DNA from: Shinella sp.
GTDB lineage: Bacteria > Pseudomonadota > Alphaproteobacteria > Rhizobiales > Rhizobiaceae
DNA length: 64,000 nt
Assembly: GCA_052438035.1 (NCBI GenBank)
Contig: JBQVPF010000013.1
Coordinates: 28,532 to 92,531 of the forward strand
Reading direction: 5' to 3'
The notes under the pieces were generated by a model that worked only from the letters and a program-made list of their open reading frames with translations, was not told the origin of the DNA and did no database searches. Positions 35,479-46,361 of the stretch are shown in pieces. The position numbers were made by a program, and so were the translations under genes. Position 1 is the first letter of the stretch; every line of letters begins with the position of its first letter.

Positions 35479-36493
35479 CAGCGCCGCCGTCGCCGAGCAG
35501 AAGCGCAAGGGGCTGCGGGTCGCTTTCGCGGTCTCTGTCGGTTTCACGTTCGCGGTGTTTTCGGGCGCCATCGTTCCGTTTCTCGGGCCGCTGTTTGCTA
35601 CGCAGTTCCTGTTGGGAAGCGCGCAGCCCATGCCGCTGCGAAAGACCATCGGAGCAGCGCTGGTGATCCTGCTCACGGGGATCGCGATGATGGCGTTGAC
35701 GATCCTGACAGCCGAGCATCCCCTGGTACTCCTCCCGCTGTTGGGACTGGTCTATTTTTCGTGCTTCGTCGCGCAATCGACGGGGAAGGGTGGTTCGGCG
35801 GTCTTTCTCGCCCTCGTCGTCGCAATCATCGTGCCGCTGCTCGGAATCCTGAACAAGGAGCTTGCCAGCTCGATCCTCTTCATCCTCGTCAGCGGCGTGT
35901 TGTCCGCAACGGTCCTGGCGTGGATCGCCCATGTGATCTTTCCCGAGCCGCTAGCGCAGAGCGCCGATGTTCCGCCACCTGAGGAGCGGCCACCGGCCCT
36001 GGGGCGCGCGCTGGCCAATACCGCAATCCTCCTCGCATCGGTCGTGATCTGCCTGACGAACGACAATCTGAATGCCGCTGCGGTCATTCCCATAACCGTG
36101 GCATCGCTGCTCGGGCAACTCGACCTCGCGGCAAGTGGCCGGGCGGCGGTCGGGCTCGTGCTTGTCAATCTCTTCGGCGGCGTGCTCGCCTCCATTGCCT
36201 ATGCGATCCTGGACCTGCGGCCCAGTCTTTTTACGATCTTCATCATCGTCCTGGTGGTCGCCCTTCTGCTTGGCGGGCGCGCTGCCGCGCCGTCGAAGGA
36301 CGCACCGGTTTTCGCGGGCGCCTTGACGATCTTCCTGATCCTGTTCGGGCTGGGGGTGTCGCCGCTGCCGGGAAGCGCCGCTGAATCCTTCGCCACCCGC
36401 ATCCTCTATGTCGGGATGGCCTTGATCTTCACACTGCTGTTTGCCGTGCTCCTAGCGCCGCGAAAATCGGGCATGAAGCAGATATCGGCATGA
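35468..36493 (+). CDS. Integral membrane protein, DUF2955/FUSC-like putative efflux component
   Basis: 341 aa polytopic membrane protein that overlaps the HlyD stop by 11 nt. The arrangement and size resemble HlyD + DUF2955 pairs (AaeA/AaeB-like). Family assignment is from memory. Confidence 0.6.
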   Translation: MSTDSAAVAEQKRKGLRVAFAVSVGFTFAVFSGAIVPFLGPLFATQFLLGSAQPMPLRKTIGAALVILLTGIAMMALTILTAEHPLVLLPLLGLVYFSCFVAQSTGKGGSAVFLALVVAIIVPLLGILNKELASSILFILVSGVLSATVLAWIAHVIFPEPLAQSADVPPPEERPPALGRALANTAILLASVVICLTNDNLNAAAVIPITVASLLGQLDLAASGRAAVGLVLVNLFGGVLASIAYAILDLRPSLFTIFIIVLVVALLLGGRAAAPSKDAPVFAGALTIFLILFGLGVSPLPGSAAESFATRILYVGMALIFTLLFAVLLAPRKSGMKQISA

Positions 36494-36580
36494 CGATTTG
36501 CCAGCAGCTTGACGCGGCGCTTCAAAGCAAATTTGCCTTCTGGCCAAGCGGGTTTCCCATGCCTGCGGCTCGCCAAATGA

Positions 36581-36616
36581 CGAAGGGCGCTCGACCCTTT
36601 CGGGGAGCGCCCTTCG
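36581..36616 (+). terminator. Perfect 12-bp hairpin downstream of the efflux pair
   Basis: CGAAGGGCGCTC-N12-GAGCGCCCTTCG, 88 nt after the stop at 36493. No U-tract. Confidence 0.45.
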
Positions 36617-36809
36617 GACCCGGACAGCTGCGAACGCGCGACAAATCTGTCGCTGCAGGCAATCATCATAACGGGCAGTGATCGGTAGATGGGGGCGCGC
36701 CGCCGCGAAATCAAGAGCGCCATCCTCCGTCTCGGATATCATGAGGAAGCCGGTTGATTGGTTGCCGAACCACGTCGCCTGTCCAGTGCGGATATGGTAG
36801 CCTCGCGGC

Positions 36810-38000
36810 ATGAGCGAGCCTTCCAGCGAAACATTTTTCAGCACGCTTCCCGCCTTCGTCGATTTCGCCGGCGTTGCCGACAGCCGGAATTACCGGACGC
36901 TGCCAGCCGACTGGGCTTTGGCGACGGCCGACATCGTCGATTCCACCGGGGCGATTGAGGCCGGCCGCTACAAGTCGGTCAACATGGCCGGCGCCAGCGT
37001 CATCTCCGCCATCCTGAACGCGCTCGGCAACAACGACCTCCCCTTTGTGTTCGGCGGCGATGGCGCCCTGGTTGCCGTGCCGCCATCGGGGGTGGAAAAG
37101 GCATTGGCTGCACTTTCGGCGGTTCAAAGCTGGGTGGGCGAGGAGTTGCAACTGACGCTGCGTGCCGCTCTCGTGCCCGTTGCCGATGTCATTGCGGCCG
37201 GCCTGGAAGTCCGTGTCGCGCGCTTCCAGGTCACGCCGGATCTTTCCTACGCGATGTTTGCCGGCGGCGGATCGAGCTGGGCCGAAGCCCGCATGAAGGA
37301 GGGCCTTTTCACCGTTCCGCCGGCGCCGCCAGGCGCGCGCCCGGATCTTGCCGGCCTGTCCTGCCGATGGAACCCGATCAAATCCAGGCACGGCGACATT
37401 GTCTCGATCTTCGCGGTTCCTGCCGGTTCAGGCGCCGTGGAGGCCTTTCAGACGCTGGTCCTCGATATCGTCGCGCTGGCTGCCGGAGAAGAGCGGGAGG
37501 GGCATCCGATCGCGCCGGAGGGGCCGCAGTTGGGGTTGTCGGTTGCGGGTTTGTCGGCGGAAACGAGAACTGTCCCGAAGGGAAGACGCTTCCGGCATCG
37601 GCTGTTCATTCTGGGGCAATATCTGCTGACTGTCGGCCTCTATCGTTTCGGCCTGACGCTCGGTCGTTTCGACCCGAAGGTGTATCGGCAGGATGTTGGC
37701 CGCAACACCGATTTCCGCAAGTTCGACGATGGCCTGAAAATGACCATCGACATCGATCCGGAAAGGCTTCGCCAGATCGAAACCCGGCTTGAGGACGCCA
37801 CGCGCGCCGGCATTTGCCGCTTCGGCCTGCACCGGCAGGATTCAGCGCTGATGACCTGCATCGTGCCGACAGCGCTCAGCCGCGATCACATGCACTTCAT
37901 CGACGGCGCCGCCGGCGGCTACGCGATGGCCGCCAGCCGCCTGAAGAAGCAGATGTCTTCCATTCCGTCGGACACAGCCTTGCCTTTTCGCGCGACCTAA
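36810..38000 (+). CDS. DUF3095-family protein (nucleotidyl-cyclase-like N-terminal domain, function unknown)
   Basis: 396 aa. ATADIVDSTGAIEAGRYKSVNMAGASVISAILNALG...FVFGGDGALVAVP resembles the two metal-Asp segments of class III cyclases. The overall sequence matches what I recall of DUF3095. Confidence 0.6.
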   Translation: MSEPSSETFFSTLPAFVDFAGVADSRNYRTLPADWALATADIVDSTGAIEAGRYKSVNMAGASVISAILNALGNNDLPFVFGGDGALVAVPPSGVEKALAALSAVQSWVGEELQLTLRAALVPVADVIAAGLEVRVARFQVTPDLSYAMFAGGGSSWAEARMKEGLFTVPPAPPGARPDLAGLSCRWNPIKSRHGDIVSIFAVPAGSGAVEAFQTLVLDIVALAAGEEREGHPIAPEGPQLGLSVAGLSAETRTVPKGRRFRHRLFILGQYLLTVGLYRFGLTLGRFDPKVYRQDVGRNTDFRKFDDGLKMTIDIDPERLRQIETRLEDATRAGICRFGLHRQDSALMTCIVPTALSRDHMHFIDGAAGGYAMAASRLKKQMSSIPSDTALPFRAT

Positions 38001-38035
38001 GCGCCTGATTTCTTCAGCTTCGCAAGTCGCGGCGC

Positions 38036-38512
38036 TCACCCCTCCACCACAACGCCAAGGCCCACCTTCACACGGTCCATCGCGACGAAGGTGCGGAACC
38101 GCTTGACGTTGTTGTTGCCGAAGAAGAGGCGCCGCGTCAGGGCCTCGTAGTCGGCCATGACCGGCACGGTGATGACGAGGATGAAGTCCGCCTCGCCGGT
38201 GACGTAGTAGCATTGCTGGATTTCCGGCGTGGCGGCGAAGGCGCGCTTGGCGGCCTCGATGTGCTCGGCCGTCTCGCTGATTACCTCCACCTCGACGAAG
38301 AGCGTGATGGACTGGCCAACCGCGGCGGGATCGACAATGGCGACATTCGCCCGGATGACGCCGTCTTCCGTCATGCGCTTGATCCGCCGCTGGACCGCGG
38401 GTGCCGAGAGATTGACCGCCTCGCCGATCGTGCGTTGCGGCGTGGTGTTGTCCTGCTGCAGGATGGCGAGGATTTTCCGGTCGAAGGCATCGAGGCGCGG
38501 CGGGGGTTGCAT
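38036..38512 (-). CDS. Lrp/AsnC-family transcriptional regulator
   Basis: LDAFDRKILAILQQDNTTPQRTIGEAVNLSAPAVQRRIKRMTEDGVI plus a RAM/AsnC_trans_reg domain. The start is taken at the internal ATG 38512. Confidence 0.9.
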   Translation of the reverse strand: MQPPPRLDAFDRKILAILQQDNTTPQRTIGEAVNLSAPAVQRRIKRMTEDGVIRANVAIVDPAAVGQSITLFVEVEVISETAEHIEAAKRAFAATPEIQQCYYVTGEADFILVITVPVMADYEALTRRLFFGNNNVKRFRTFVAMDRVKVGLGVVVEG

Positions 38513-38615
38513 TGGGTGGCTCCAGACGAAACAAATTTGCAAACGACACGGCAAATATCAGCGCTTATTTCAGTCATGATGCAATATCGTTCAGCTTCAA
38601 ACCGAGGAGGCCGCC

Positions 38616-39827
38616 ATGTTCCTGAAGAATACCCATGCCGATTATCGCACGGCGCTCGACCCGCGCGATGCCGAAACGCTCGGCCTTGAAGCCGCCACCG
38701 AAGTGGAGCGCCATCTTTCCTTCCGGGACAATCACGCGGAAACGCCGCTCGTCGCGCTGCCGGGCCTGGCGCAACGACACGGGGTCGCGGCGATCCACGT
38801 CAAGGACGAGGGCCATCGTCTCGGTCTCGGCAGTTTCAAGGCGCTGGGCGGGGCCTATGCGGTGATCCGTCTCGTGTTGGAGAAGGCCGGCGAGAGGCTC
38901 GGCCGGACGGTGGACATCGCCGCGTTGCGCGCCCCGGAGGTGGCAGCCGTCGCGCGGACCATGACGTTTGCCTGCGCCACGGACGGCAATCATGGCCGGT
39001 CCGTAGCGCAGGGCGCCGAGCTTGTGGGCGCACGGGCGGCTATCTTCGTGCATGCCGGTGTCTCGGCCGAGCGCGTCGCAGCCATCGCCCGGTTCGGCGC
39101 GGAGATGATCCGTGTCGACGGCACCTATGACGATTCCGTGCGGGAGGCTGCGCGGGTGGCGGAGGAGAAGGGCTGGACGATCGTTTCCGATACCTCCTGG
39201 CCCGGCTACGAGCGTATTCCGGGGCTGGTGATGCAAGGCTACACCGCGCTGGTGCGCGAGGCGCTGCGAGCATTGCCGGCGCCGCCGACCCATGTCTTCG
39301 TGCAGTCCGGCGTCGGCGGCATCGCTGCGGCGGTGGCCGGCCATCTGGCGCTGGAATCCGGCGCGGCGCGGCCGGTCTTCACGGTCGTTGATCCAGCGCG
39401 GGCGGCCTGCCTGTTCGAAACGGCGCGCGCTGGCCATCCGGTGACGATCGCCCATGGTGAGCCGACCGTCATGGCCATGCTTGAATGTTATACGCCGTCG
39501 CTTGTCGCCTGGCGCATCCTGTCGCGTGCCGCTGATGCCTTCATGACCGTCGACGAGGAGGATGCCATCGCGGCGATGAAACAGCTCGCCAATCCTATCG
39601 CCGGTGACCCGGCCGTGGTTGCCGGGGAAAGCGGTGGTGTCGGCCTTGCCGGCCTGATGCGTGCCATCGCCGATCCAGCGGTGAAGGCCGATCTCGGCAT
39701 CGATGGCCACTCGCGGATCCTTCTCATCAACACGGAAGGGGCGACGGATCCAGGAAAATACGAGGAAATCGTCGGGCTTTCGCCTGCTCTCGTTGCTGCG
39801 CGGAACGGGAAGGGAGAACCGGCATGA
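38616..39827 (+). CDS. dpaL: Diaminopropionate ammonia-lyase (PLP-dependent, YgeX/DpaL-like)
   Basis: Blocks DEGHRLGLGSFKALGGAYAV, CATDGNHGRSVA, DTSWPGYERIPGLVMQGY and GESGGVGLAGL parallel E. coli YgeX as recalled. Confidence 0.8.
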   Translation: MFLKNTHADYRTALDPRDAETLGLEAATEVERHLSFRDNHAETPLVALPGLAQRHGVAAIHVKDEGHRLGLGSFKALGGAYAVIRLVLEKAGERLGRTVDIAALRAPEVAAVARTMTFACATDGNHGRSVAQGAELVGARAAIFVHAGVSAERVAAIARFGAEMIRVDGTYDDSVREAARVAEEKGWTIVSDTSWPGYERIPGLVMQGYTALVREALRALPAPPTHVFVQSGVGGIAAAVAGHLALESGAARPVFTVVDPARAACLFETARAGHPVTIAHGEPTVMAMLECYTPSLVAWRILSRAADAFMTVDEEDAIAAMKQLANPIAGDPAVVAGESGGVGLAGLMRAIADPAVKADLGIDGHSRILLINTEGATDPGKYEEIVGLSPALVAARNGKGEPA

Positions 39828-40993
39828 CAATCGACAGAAACGCCCTTCAAGCCGAAATGACAGCCTGGCGGCGTGACCTGCACGCCCATCCCGAATTCGG
39901 CTTCGAGGAGACACGGACTGCGGCCTTCGTCGCGCAAAAGCTGCGCGAGTTCGGCCTCGATGAGGTCGCGGAAGGTGTTGGCGGAACGGGTGTCGTCGGA
40001 ACGTTGCGGCGGGGGCAGGGCAACCGCTCCATTGCGCTTCGGGCGGATATGGATGCGTTGCGGATCACCGAGCAGGGGGAGAGGACCTATCGCTCCCGCA
40101 ATCCGGGCGTCATGCACGCCTGCGGCCATGATGGGCACACGGCAATGCTGCTCGGCGCCGCAAAGATGCTGGCGCAGGAGGGCGGTTTCGACGGCACGGT
40201 GCGCTTCGTCTTTCAGCCGGCGGAGGAATGGGGCAAGGGTGCACTGGCCATGCTCGACGACGGGCTGATGCAGCATTTCGCCTTCGAGGAGATCTACGGC
40301 ATCCACAACATGCCGGGCCTGCCCGTCGGGCATTTCGAGACACGCCCCGGCGCCATCATGTCTGCAGAAGACAATTTCGAGATTGTGCTCCAGGGTGTCG
40401 GCGGCCATGCGGCGCGGCCGCATTGGGGCAACGAGGTGCTGGTCGCCGCCTGTGCGCTTGTGACCAGCCTCCAGACCATCGTGGCACGACGGCTAAGCCC
40501 GACGGATGTGGGCGTGGTCTCGGTGACGGAGCTCATCACCGACGGCACGCGCAATGCGCTTCCCGGGCTGGCGCGGATCTTGGGCGATGCCCGTAGCTTC
40601 CGTCCGGAGGTGAGTGCGGCGATCGAAAGGCAGATGCGCATCATCGCGGAAGGCACCGCGCTGGCGCATAATGTAACCGCGAGCGTCAGCTATACGCGGG
40701 AATTCGTGCCGCTGCTGAACGACCCGGCCCTTGTCGACGAGGCCTTTGCCGTTGCACGCGCCATCCTACCGCCAGAGAATGCGAGGCTCGCCGCCGAGCC
40801 GATGACCGGTTCGGAGGATTTTGCTCATTTCCTCGCCCATGTGCCGGGCTGCTTCGTCTTCCTTGGCAACGGCATGGAGTCTGCGCCGCTGCACAACCCC
40901 GGCTACGACTTCAACGATGAGGGGCTTCTCCACGGCGTGGATTTTCATGCCGGTATCGTGAGGCGACGACTTTCCGGCGCGCTCGGCCAATAG
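39824..40993 (+). CDS. M20D-family amidohydrolase (aminoacylase / hippurate hydrolase-like)
   Basis: WRRDLHAHPEFGFEETRTAAFVAQKL, ALRADMDAL, HACGHDGHTAMLLGAA. ATGA overlap with the dpaL stop. Confidence 0.85.
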   Translation: MTIDRNALQAEMTAWRRDLHAHPEFGFEETRTAAFVAQKLREFGLDEVAEGVGGTGVVGTLRRGQGNRSIALRADMDALRITEQGERTYRSRNPGVMHACGHDGHTAMLLGAAKMLAQEGGFDGTVRFVFQPAEEWGKGALAMLDDGLMQHFAFEEIYGIHNMPGLPVGHFETRPGAIMSAEDNFEIVLQGVGGHAARPHWGNEVLVAACALVTSLQTIVARRLSPTDVGVVSVTELITDGTRNALPGLARILGDARSFRPEVSAAIERQMRIIAEGTALAHNVTASVSYTREFVPLLNDPALVDEAFAVARAILPPENARLAAEPMTGSEDFAHFLAHVPGCFVFLGNGMESAPLHNPGYDFNDEGLLHGVDFHAGIVRRRLSGALGQ

Positions 40994-41078
40994 CCGGGAT
41001 CAAACATCAAGGACGAGCGCGCGGATGAACCGCCGGGCACCATTGCCGGCGATCGGGTTTCTGTGCGGCATTCTCCGT

Positions 41079-41791
<713 letters not shown>

Positions 41792-41795
<4 letters not shown>

Positions 41796-42610
41796 GCCTC
41801 AACCTCTTCTTCACTGACGCCGAGATAGGCGGCGACCACGGCAGGATCGTTCGCCACATGCTCGGGCGTTCCGTCGGAAATCACCTCGCCGTGGTCGAGC
41901 ACGACGATATGCTGGGAAATGCGCATGACGAGCGCCATGTCGTGTTCGATGACGAGGACGGACTGGCCGTGCTCGGTACAGAGCCGCTGGATGACCTCGG
42001 AGAGTTCGCGGGTTTCCGACGGGTTGAGGCCGGCGGCCGGTTCGTCGAGGCAGATGAGCGTTGGCCCGGTGCACATGGCGCGCGCGATTTCGAGACGTCG
42101 TTGCCGCCCATAGGGCAACTCGCCGGCGAGGCGATTGGCGTCGTCGGCAAGGTTCATCTCGCGCAGCCAGTGATAGGCGCGATCGACGGCATCACGCTCG
42201 GCGCGGCGGAAGCCTGGCGTGCGGAATATGCCGCTCAGTAGATTGTTGGCGGTCACCAGATGCTGGGCGACCAGCAGGTTTTCAATGACCGACATTTCCT
42301 TGAACAGGCGGATGTTCTGGAAGGTGCGGGCGATGCCGGCGCGCGTCACGAGATGCGAACCGCCGGTGATGGGTTTTGTGATCAGCGTACCGATGTCGAG
42401 CGGGCCGTCGCGGCCGTTCAGCACGATTTCGCCTTCGCTTGCCCGATAGAAGCCGGTAATGCAGTTGAACATGGTCGTCTTGCCGGCGCCGTTCGGGCCG
42501 ATCAGCGCCGTCACCGCGCCACGCTCCACCGAGAAGCTGACATTGCGGTTCGCGACGATGCCGCCGAAGCGCATGGTGACGTTGCGGATGTCGAGGAGGG
42601 GCGTGGTCAT
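41792..42610 (-). CDS. livG: Branched-chain amino acid ABC transporter ATP-binding protein LivG
   Basis: Walker [24 protein letters not shown], Walker [11 protein letters not shown]. 4-nt overlaps with both neighbours. Confidence 0.9.
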
Positions 42611-43911
42611 CGGGCTGCCTCCACCTTGGCGGCGAGCGGGAGTGTTCCGGCGTTCGTCGTGGTGCTCGGAAAGAAGGCCGGGCGTTTGATCCGCACGAGG
42701 CCGCGGGGTTTCCAGATCATCATGATGACCATGAGCACGCCGAAGATCAGTACGCGGTATTCGGCAAAGTCACGCAAGAGTTCCGGCAGGATGGTGAGGA
42801 CGAGGGCGGCGGCGATCACGCCGACCGTCGAGCCGAGACCGCCGAGAACCACGATGGCGAGGATGAGGGCGGATTCGAAGAAGGTGAAGGATGTCGGGTT
42901 CACGAAGCCCTGGTGCACGGCAAAGAACACGCCGGCAAGCCCGCCCGTCGAGGCGCCGAGCATGAAGGCGGTGAGTTTCGTGAAGACGTGATTCACGCCG
43001 AGCGAGCGGCAGGCGATCTCGTCCTCGCGCAGCGCCTCCCACATGCGGCCGAGCGGCATGACGCGCAGGCGCTCCACGGCATAGATGACGAGGCAGACGA
43101 CGAGGAACAGCACGAGGTAGATGAACCAGAATTTGTAGTCGGCGCTGTAGGGGATGCCGAGATAGTCGTGGATCGGCACGCCGCCCTGCTTGGCCGAGCG
43201 AGTGAATTCCAGGCCGAAAAGCGTCGGCGCGGGCACGGGCGCGCCATTCGGGCCGCCGGTGAATTCCAGCCAGTTGTTGAGCACGAGACGGATGATCTCG
43301 CCGAAGCCGAGCGTGACGATCGCGAGATAGTCGCCGTGCATCTTGAGGACCGGGAAGGCGAGGACCATGCCGAAGAGGCCGGCGAGGAAGGGGGCGATGA
43401 CCAGCGCGCTCCAGAAGCCAAGCCCGAGATACTGATAGCCGAGCGCCAAAAGATAGGCGCCGACGGCGTAGAAGGCGACGAAGCCAAGATCGAGCAGGCC
43501 GGCAAGGCCGACGACGATGTTCAGCCCCAGGCCGAGCAGGCAGTAGATCAGCGCGAGGATCGCGATACCGAGAAAATACTTGTCCGCGAAGAAGGGCAGG
43601 CTGAGCCCGGCGAGGAACAGCAAGGCGAGGATCAGCAAGGGCGACTTTTCCGTGCCGGTCATCACGGTAACGCCGACACCGCTGTCGGCCAGCTTGCGGG
43701 TCAGCGCCTGGCCAGGGCTAGTCATCTGGACGAGTGAGATCGCGATACGCCCTGCGGTGACGATGGCGGCGAGCAGGACGGCGCGTGTCAGCTCATTGCG
43801 GAACGAGAACCCCTCGAGCACGAGGCCGGAGATCGGGCCGAACAGGATCAGCGAGACGGTGAAGGTGAGGAGCGCCTGCTTGAAGAGCGTGAGAAGACGG
43901 TTGGTTTGCAT
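42607..43911 (-). CDS. livM: Branched-chain amino acid ABC transporter permease LivM
   Basis: The start is ATG 43911 ([12 protein letters not shown]...) preceded by GGAGA. The 762-aa ORF in the track continues upstream only as an out-of-frame shadow over livH. Confidence 0.85.
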   Translation of the reverse strand: MQTNRLLTLFKQALLTFTVSLILFGPISGLVLEGFSFRNELTRAVLLAAIVTAGRIAISLVQMTSPGQALTRKLADSGVGVTVMTGTEKSPLLILALLFLAGLSLPFFADKYFLGIAILALIYCLLGLGLNIVVGLAGLLDLGFVAFYAVGAYLLALGYQYLGLGFWSALVIAPFLAGLFGMVLAFPVLKMHGDYLAIVTLGFGEIIRLVLNNWLEFTGGPNGAPVPAPTLFGLEFTRSAKQGGVPIHDYLGIPYSADYKFWFIYLVLFLVVCLVIYAVERLRVMPLGRMWEALREDEIACRSLGVNHVFTKLTAFMLGASTGGLAGVFFAVHQGFVNPTSFTFFESALILAIVVLGGLGSTVGVIAAALVLTILPELLRDFAEYRVLIFGVLMVIMMIWKPRGLVRIKRPAFFPSTTTNAGTLPLAAKVEAAR

Positions 43912-43922
43912 GGTCGTTCTCC

Positions 43923-44840
43923 TCACACTTTCTGGATTTCCGGCCGGCCGAGCAGGCCGTAGGGGCGGAAGAACAGCAGGGTGATGAGCAGCGCGAAGGC
44001 GAAGACGTCCTTGTAGTCGGTGCTGACATAGCCGGCGAACAGCGCTTCCGTCAGGCCAAGCAGGATGCCGCCGAGCACGGCACCGGGCAGTGAGCCGATG
44101 CCGCCGAGCACGGCCGCGGTAAAGGCCTTGATGCCCATGACGAAGCCGATGAAGAAGTTGAACGAGCCGTAGTTGAAGGTGACGAGCACGCCGCCGACGG
44201 CAGCCGTCGCGGCGCCGATGACGAAGACGGTCGAGATGATGCGGTCGGTGTTGACGCCGAGCACCGCGGACATACGGATGTTCTGCTGCGTCGCCCGGCA
44301 TTCCCGGCCGATGCGGGTGTAGTTGATCACATAGGTGAGGATGCCCATGGCGATCAGCGAGGCGAAGAGGATGACCGTCTGCATGTAGGTGATCTGCGCG
44401 AAATGCACGCCGTCGCCGAAGCGGAAGGCGCCGCTGATCAGGGTCGGAACGCCCTGGTCGCGTGCGCCCTGCGAGATCTGCACGTAGCTTTGCAGCATCA
44501 GCGAAATGCCGATGGCGGAAATCAGCGGGGCAAGCTTGGTGGATCCTCGCAAAGGACGGTAGGCGACGCGCTCGATCGCCCAGCCGTAGACGGCCGTGAC
44601 GGCGCAGGTGATCACCAGCACGGAAATCAGCGCGAAGGGCACGGACTGGATGCCGAAGAAGGTGAGTACGGCAAGGGTGATCGCGGCGATATAGGCCGAG
44701 ACCATGTAGACGTCGCCATGGGCGAAGTTGATCATGCGGATGACACCGTAGACCATGGTGTATCCAACGGCGATCAGCCCGTAGATCGTGCCGAGCGTGA
44801 TGCCGTTGAACAATTGCTGGACCAGGATGTAGACGTCCAT
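43923..44840 (-). CDS. livH: Branched-chain amino acid ABC transporter permease LivH
   Basis: 305 aa. [43 protein letters not shown] is the canonical LivH N-terminus. Confidence 0.9.
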   Translation of the reverse strand: MDVYILVQQLFNGITLGTIYGLIAVGYTMVYGVIRMINFAHGDVYMVSAYIAAITLAVLTFFGIQSVPFALISVLVITCAVTAVYGWAIERVAYRPLRGSTKLAPLISAIGISLMLQSYVQISQGARDQGVPTLISGAFRFGDGVHFAQITYMQTVILFASLIAMGILTYVINYTRIGRECRATQQNIRMSAVLGVNTDRIISTVFVIGAATAAVGGVLVTFNYGSFNFFIGFVMGIKAFTAAVLGGIGSLPGAVLGGILLGLTEALFAGYVSTDYKDVFAFALLITLLFFRPYGLLGRPEIQKV

Positions 44841-44878
44841 GGCGAACCCTTCTCTTCAAATCTTGCGGGCATGGCGAA

Positions 44879-44906
44879 ACCAGCCGGACGCCCATGTCCG
44901 GCTGGT
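44879..44906 (-). terminator. 11-bp hairpin between the SBP gene and livH (partial terminator / mRNA-stabilising stem)
   Basis: ACCAGCCGGAC-N6-GTCCGGCTGGT. Its position after the highly expressed SBP gene is typical of ABC operons. Confidence 0.45.
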
Positions 44907-44921
44907 CCGGGCAGGCCTGCC

Positions 44922-46037
44922 TTAGTTCACGAGAGCCGGGGTTCCCTTGTCGTCGAAGGTGTAGAAGACGAACTTGAAGTCCTTGATGTCGCCCTTTTCA
45001 TCCCAGGTGATCTTGCCGATGGCGGAATCGACCGTGTTGGCACGCAGCCAGTCGGCCTGCGCCTTCAGGTCTTCGCCTGCCTTCAGCGCCGCCACGACCG
45101 CCTGTGCATTGGCGTAGCCGTAGAGCACGTAGTTTGCCGGCGTGACGTTGGCCTTGGTCAGGGCGTCCTGCACGTCCTTGGTCGACGGATCGGCCAGCGG
45201 ATCGGGCGTTGCCGAATAATAGACGTCCTTGAGGTTGGCCCCGCCGCCGGCCGCAGCCACGAGTTCTGCCTGCGCGAAGGAATCACCGCTGACGAAGACG
45301 ACATCGACGCCCTGTTCCTTGAGCTGGCGGATAAGCGGGCCGCCTTCCGGAATGAGGCCGCCGAAGTAGACGGCGTTCGCGCCCGTGCTCTTGATCTTGG
45401 TGACGAGCGCGTTGAAGTCGCGTTCGCCGCGCGTCAGGCCTTCATAGAGCACCGGCGTGATGCCGCGCGCTTCGATTGTCTTCTTCACGGCGTCGACCAG
45501 GCCCTGGCCGTAGGTGTCCTTGTCGTGGATCAGCGCGATCTTGTCCCGCTTCAGCGTGTCGAGGATGAAACCGCCGGTAACGACGGCCTGCTGGTCGTCA
45601 CGGCCGCAGCCGCGGAACAGGTTGTCGAAGCCACGGTCGGTCACGGCCGGGTTGGTGGAGGACGGCGTCATTTCGAGGATGCCGGCGTCGTTGTAGATTT
45701 CGGAAGCCGGGATCGTGCTCGACGAGCAGAAGTGGCCGATCACGGCCTGGACCTTGTCCTGGTCGACGAAGCGGTTGGCGACGGCGACGGCCTGCTTCGG
45801 CTCGCAGGCGTCGTCGCCCTTCACCAGCTCGATCTGCTTGCCGTTGATGCCGCCGCTCGCGTTCACGCCGTTCACATAGGCCGAGACGCCATCGAAGACC
45901 TGCTCGCCAAATGTGGCGTTGGCGCCGGTATAGGGGCCGGCAACGCCGATCTTGATGGTATCGGCGGCAAAGGCCGGCGCAAGCAGGAGCGCGGATGCGA
46001 TGGCGGTGGCAGCGAAGAGTTTCGAAATGGATGTCAT
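44922..46037 (-). CDS. Amino acid ABC transporter periplasmic substrate-binding protein (LivJ/LivK family)
   Basis: Signal peptide [24 protein letters not shown]|AD, then [19 protein letters not shown] typical of the family. Confidence 0.9.
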   Translation of the reverse strand: MTSISKLFAATAIASALLLAPAFAADTIKIGVAGPYTGANATFGEQVFDGVSAYVNGVNASGGINGKQIELVKGDDACEPKQAVAVANRFVDQDKVQAVIGHFCSSSTIPASEIYNDAGILEMTPSSTNPAVTDRGFDNLFRGCGRDDQQAVVTGGFILDTLKRDKIALIHDKDTYGQGLVDAVKKTIEARGITPVLYEGLTRGERDFNALVTKIKSTGANAVYFGGLIPEGGPLIRQLKEQGVDVVFVSGDSFAQAELVAAAGGGANLKDVYYSATPDPLADPSTKDVQDALTKANVTPANYVLYGYANAQAVVAALKAGEDLKAQADWLRANTVDSAIGKITWDEKGDIKDFKFVFYTFDDKGTPALVN

Positions 46038-46205
46038 GAAAGGCTTCCCTCTGGTTAAGCCGTTGATGTTCTTCGTTTCGACGCGTGTTTTTCCGCGTTC
46101 GGTCTTCTTATTGCGGCCGAGCCATTCGCCTTTTCTGGGCGTGCGGCGGCCGGCATCATGTCTTGATTGCGACGGTTTCTGTGTCGCGATCCGACTTCAA
46201 TTTCA

Positions 46206-46234
46206 GTTGACACATGTATGATAAGTGATATATC
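46206..46234 (+). promoter_or_regulatory. Sigma-70-like promoter candidate for the hyuA operon
   Basis: GTTGAC (46206-46211), then 16-17 nt, then ATATAT/TATATC. This fits the alphaproteobacterial CTTGAC-N17-CTATAT type, and the operator motif fills the spacer. Confidence 0.4.
46213..46230. promoter_or_regulatory. Operator-like motif Sa (putative GntR box), liv/hyuA divergent region
   Basis: CATGTATGATAAGTGATA matches the reverse complement of 55838-55855 at 17/18 positions. Contains tandem TGATA half-sites. Confidence 0.55.
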
Positions 46235-46361
46235 CAAAATCCGTCAAGCGGAAATCTTGCATCGGCGCGCCGGGCATGAAAACCTGATGTGCCAGAGGTT
46301 CGACCGGCGGTCGCGCCGGATGGGATTCGATGCCGAAAGGTGCCTGAATGTGGGGAATGAC

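Noticed and set aside
36490-36681. 63-codon ORF whose ATG overlaps the DUF2955-like gene stop (ATGA), suggesting a coupled third efflux gene.
   Set aside because: The translation has no hydrophobic segment or recognisable family, is Gly/Pro/Arg/Ala-rich, and contains the 12-bp terminator-like hairpin (36581-36616). It is more likely non-coding.
43912-44895. Upstream part of the 762-aa ORF 42607..44895, which would fuse livM with sequence across livH.
   Set aside because: The region is covered by a canonical LivH in another frame (43923..44840). LivM has its own SD (GGAGA) and ATG at 43911, and the upstream translation is Arg/His/Pro-rich.
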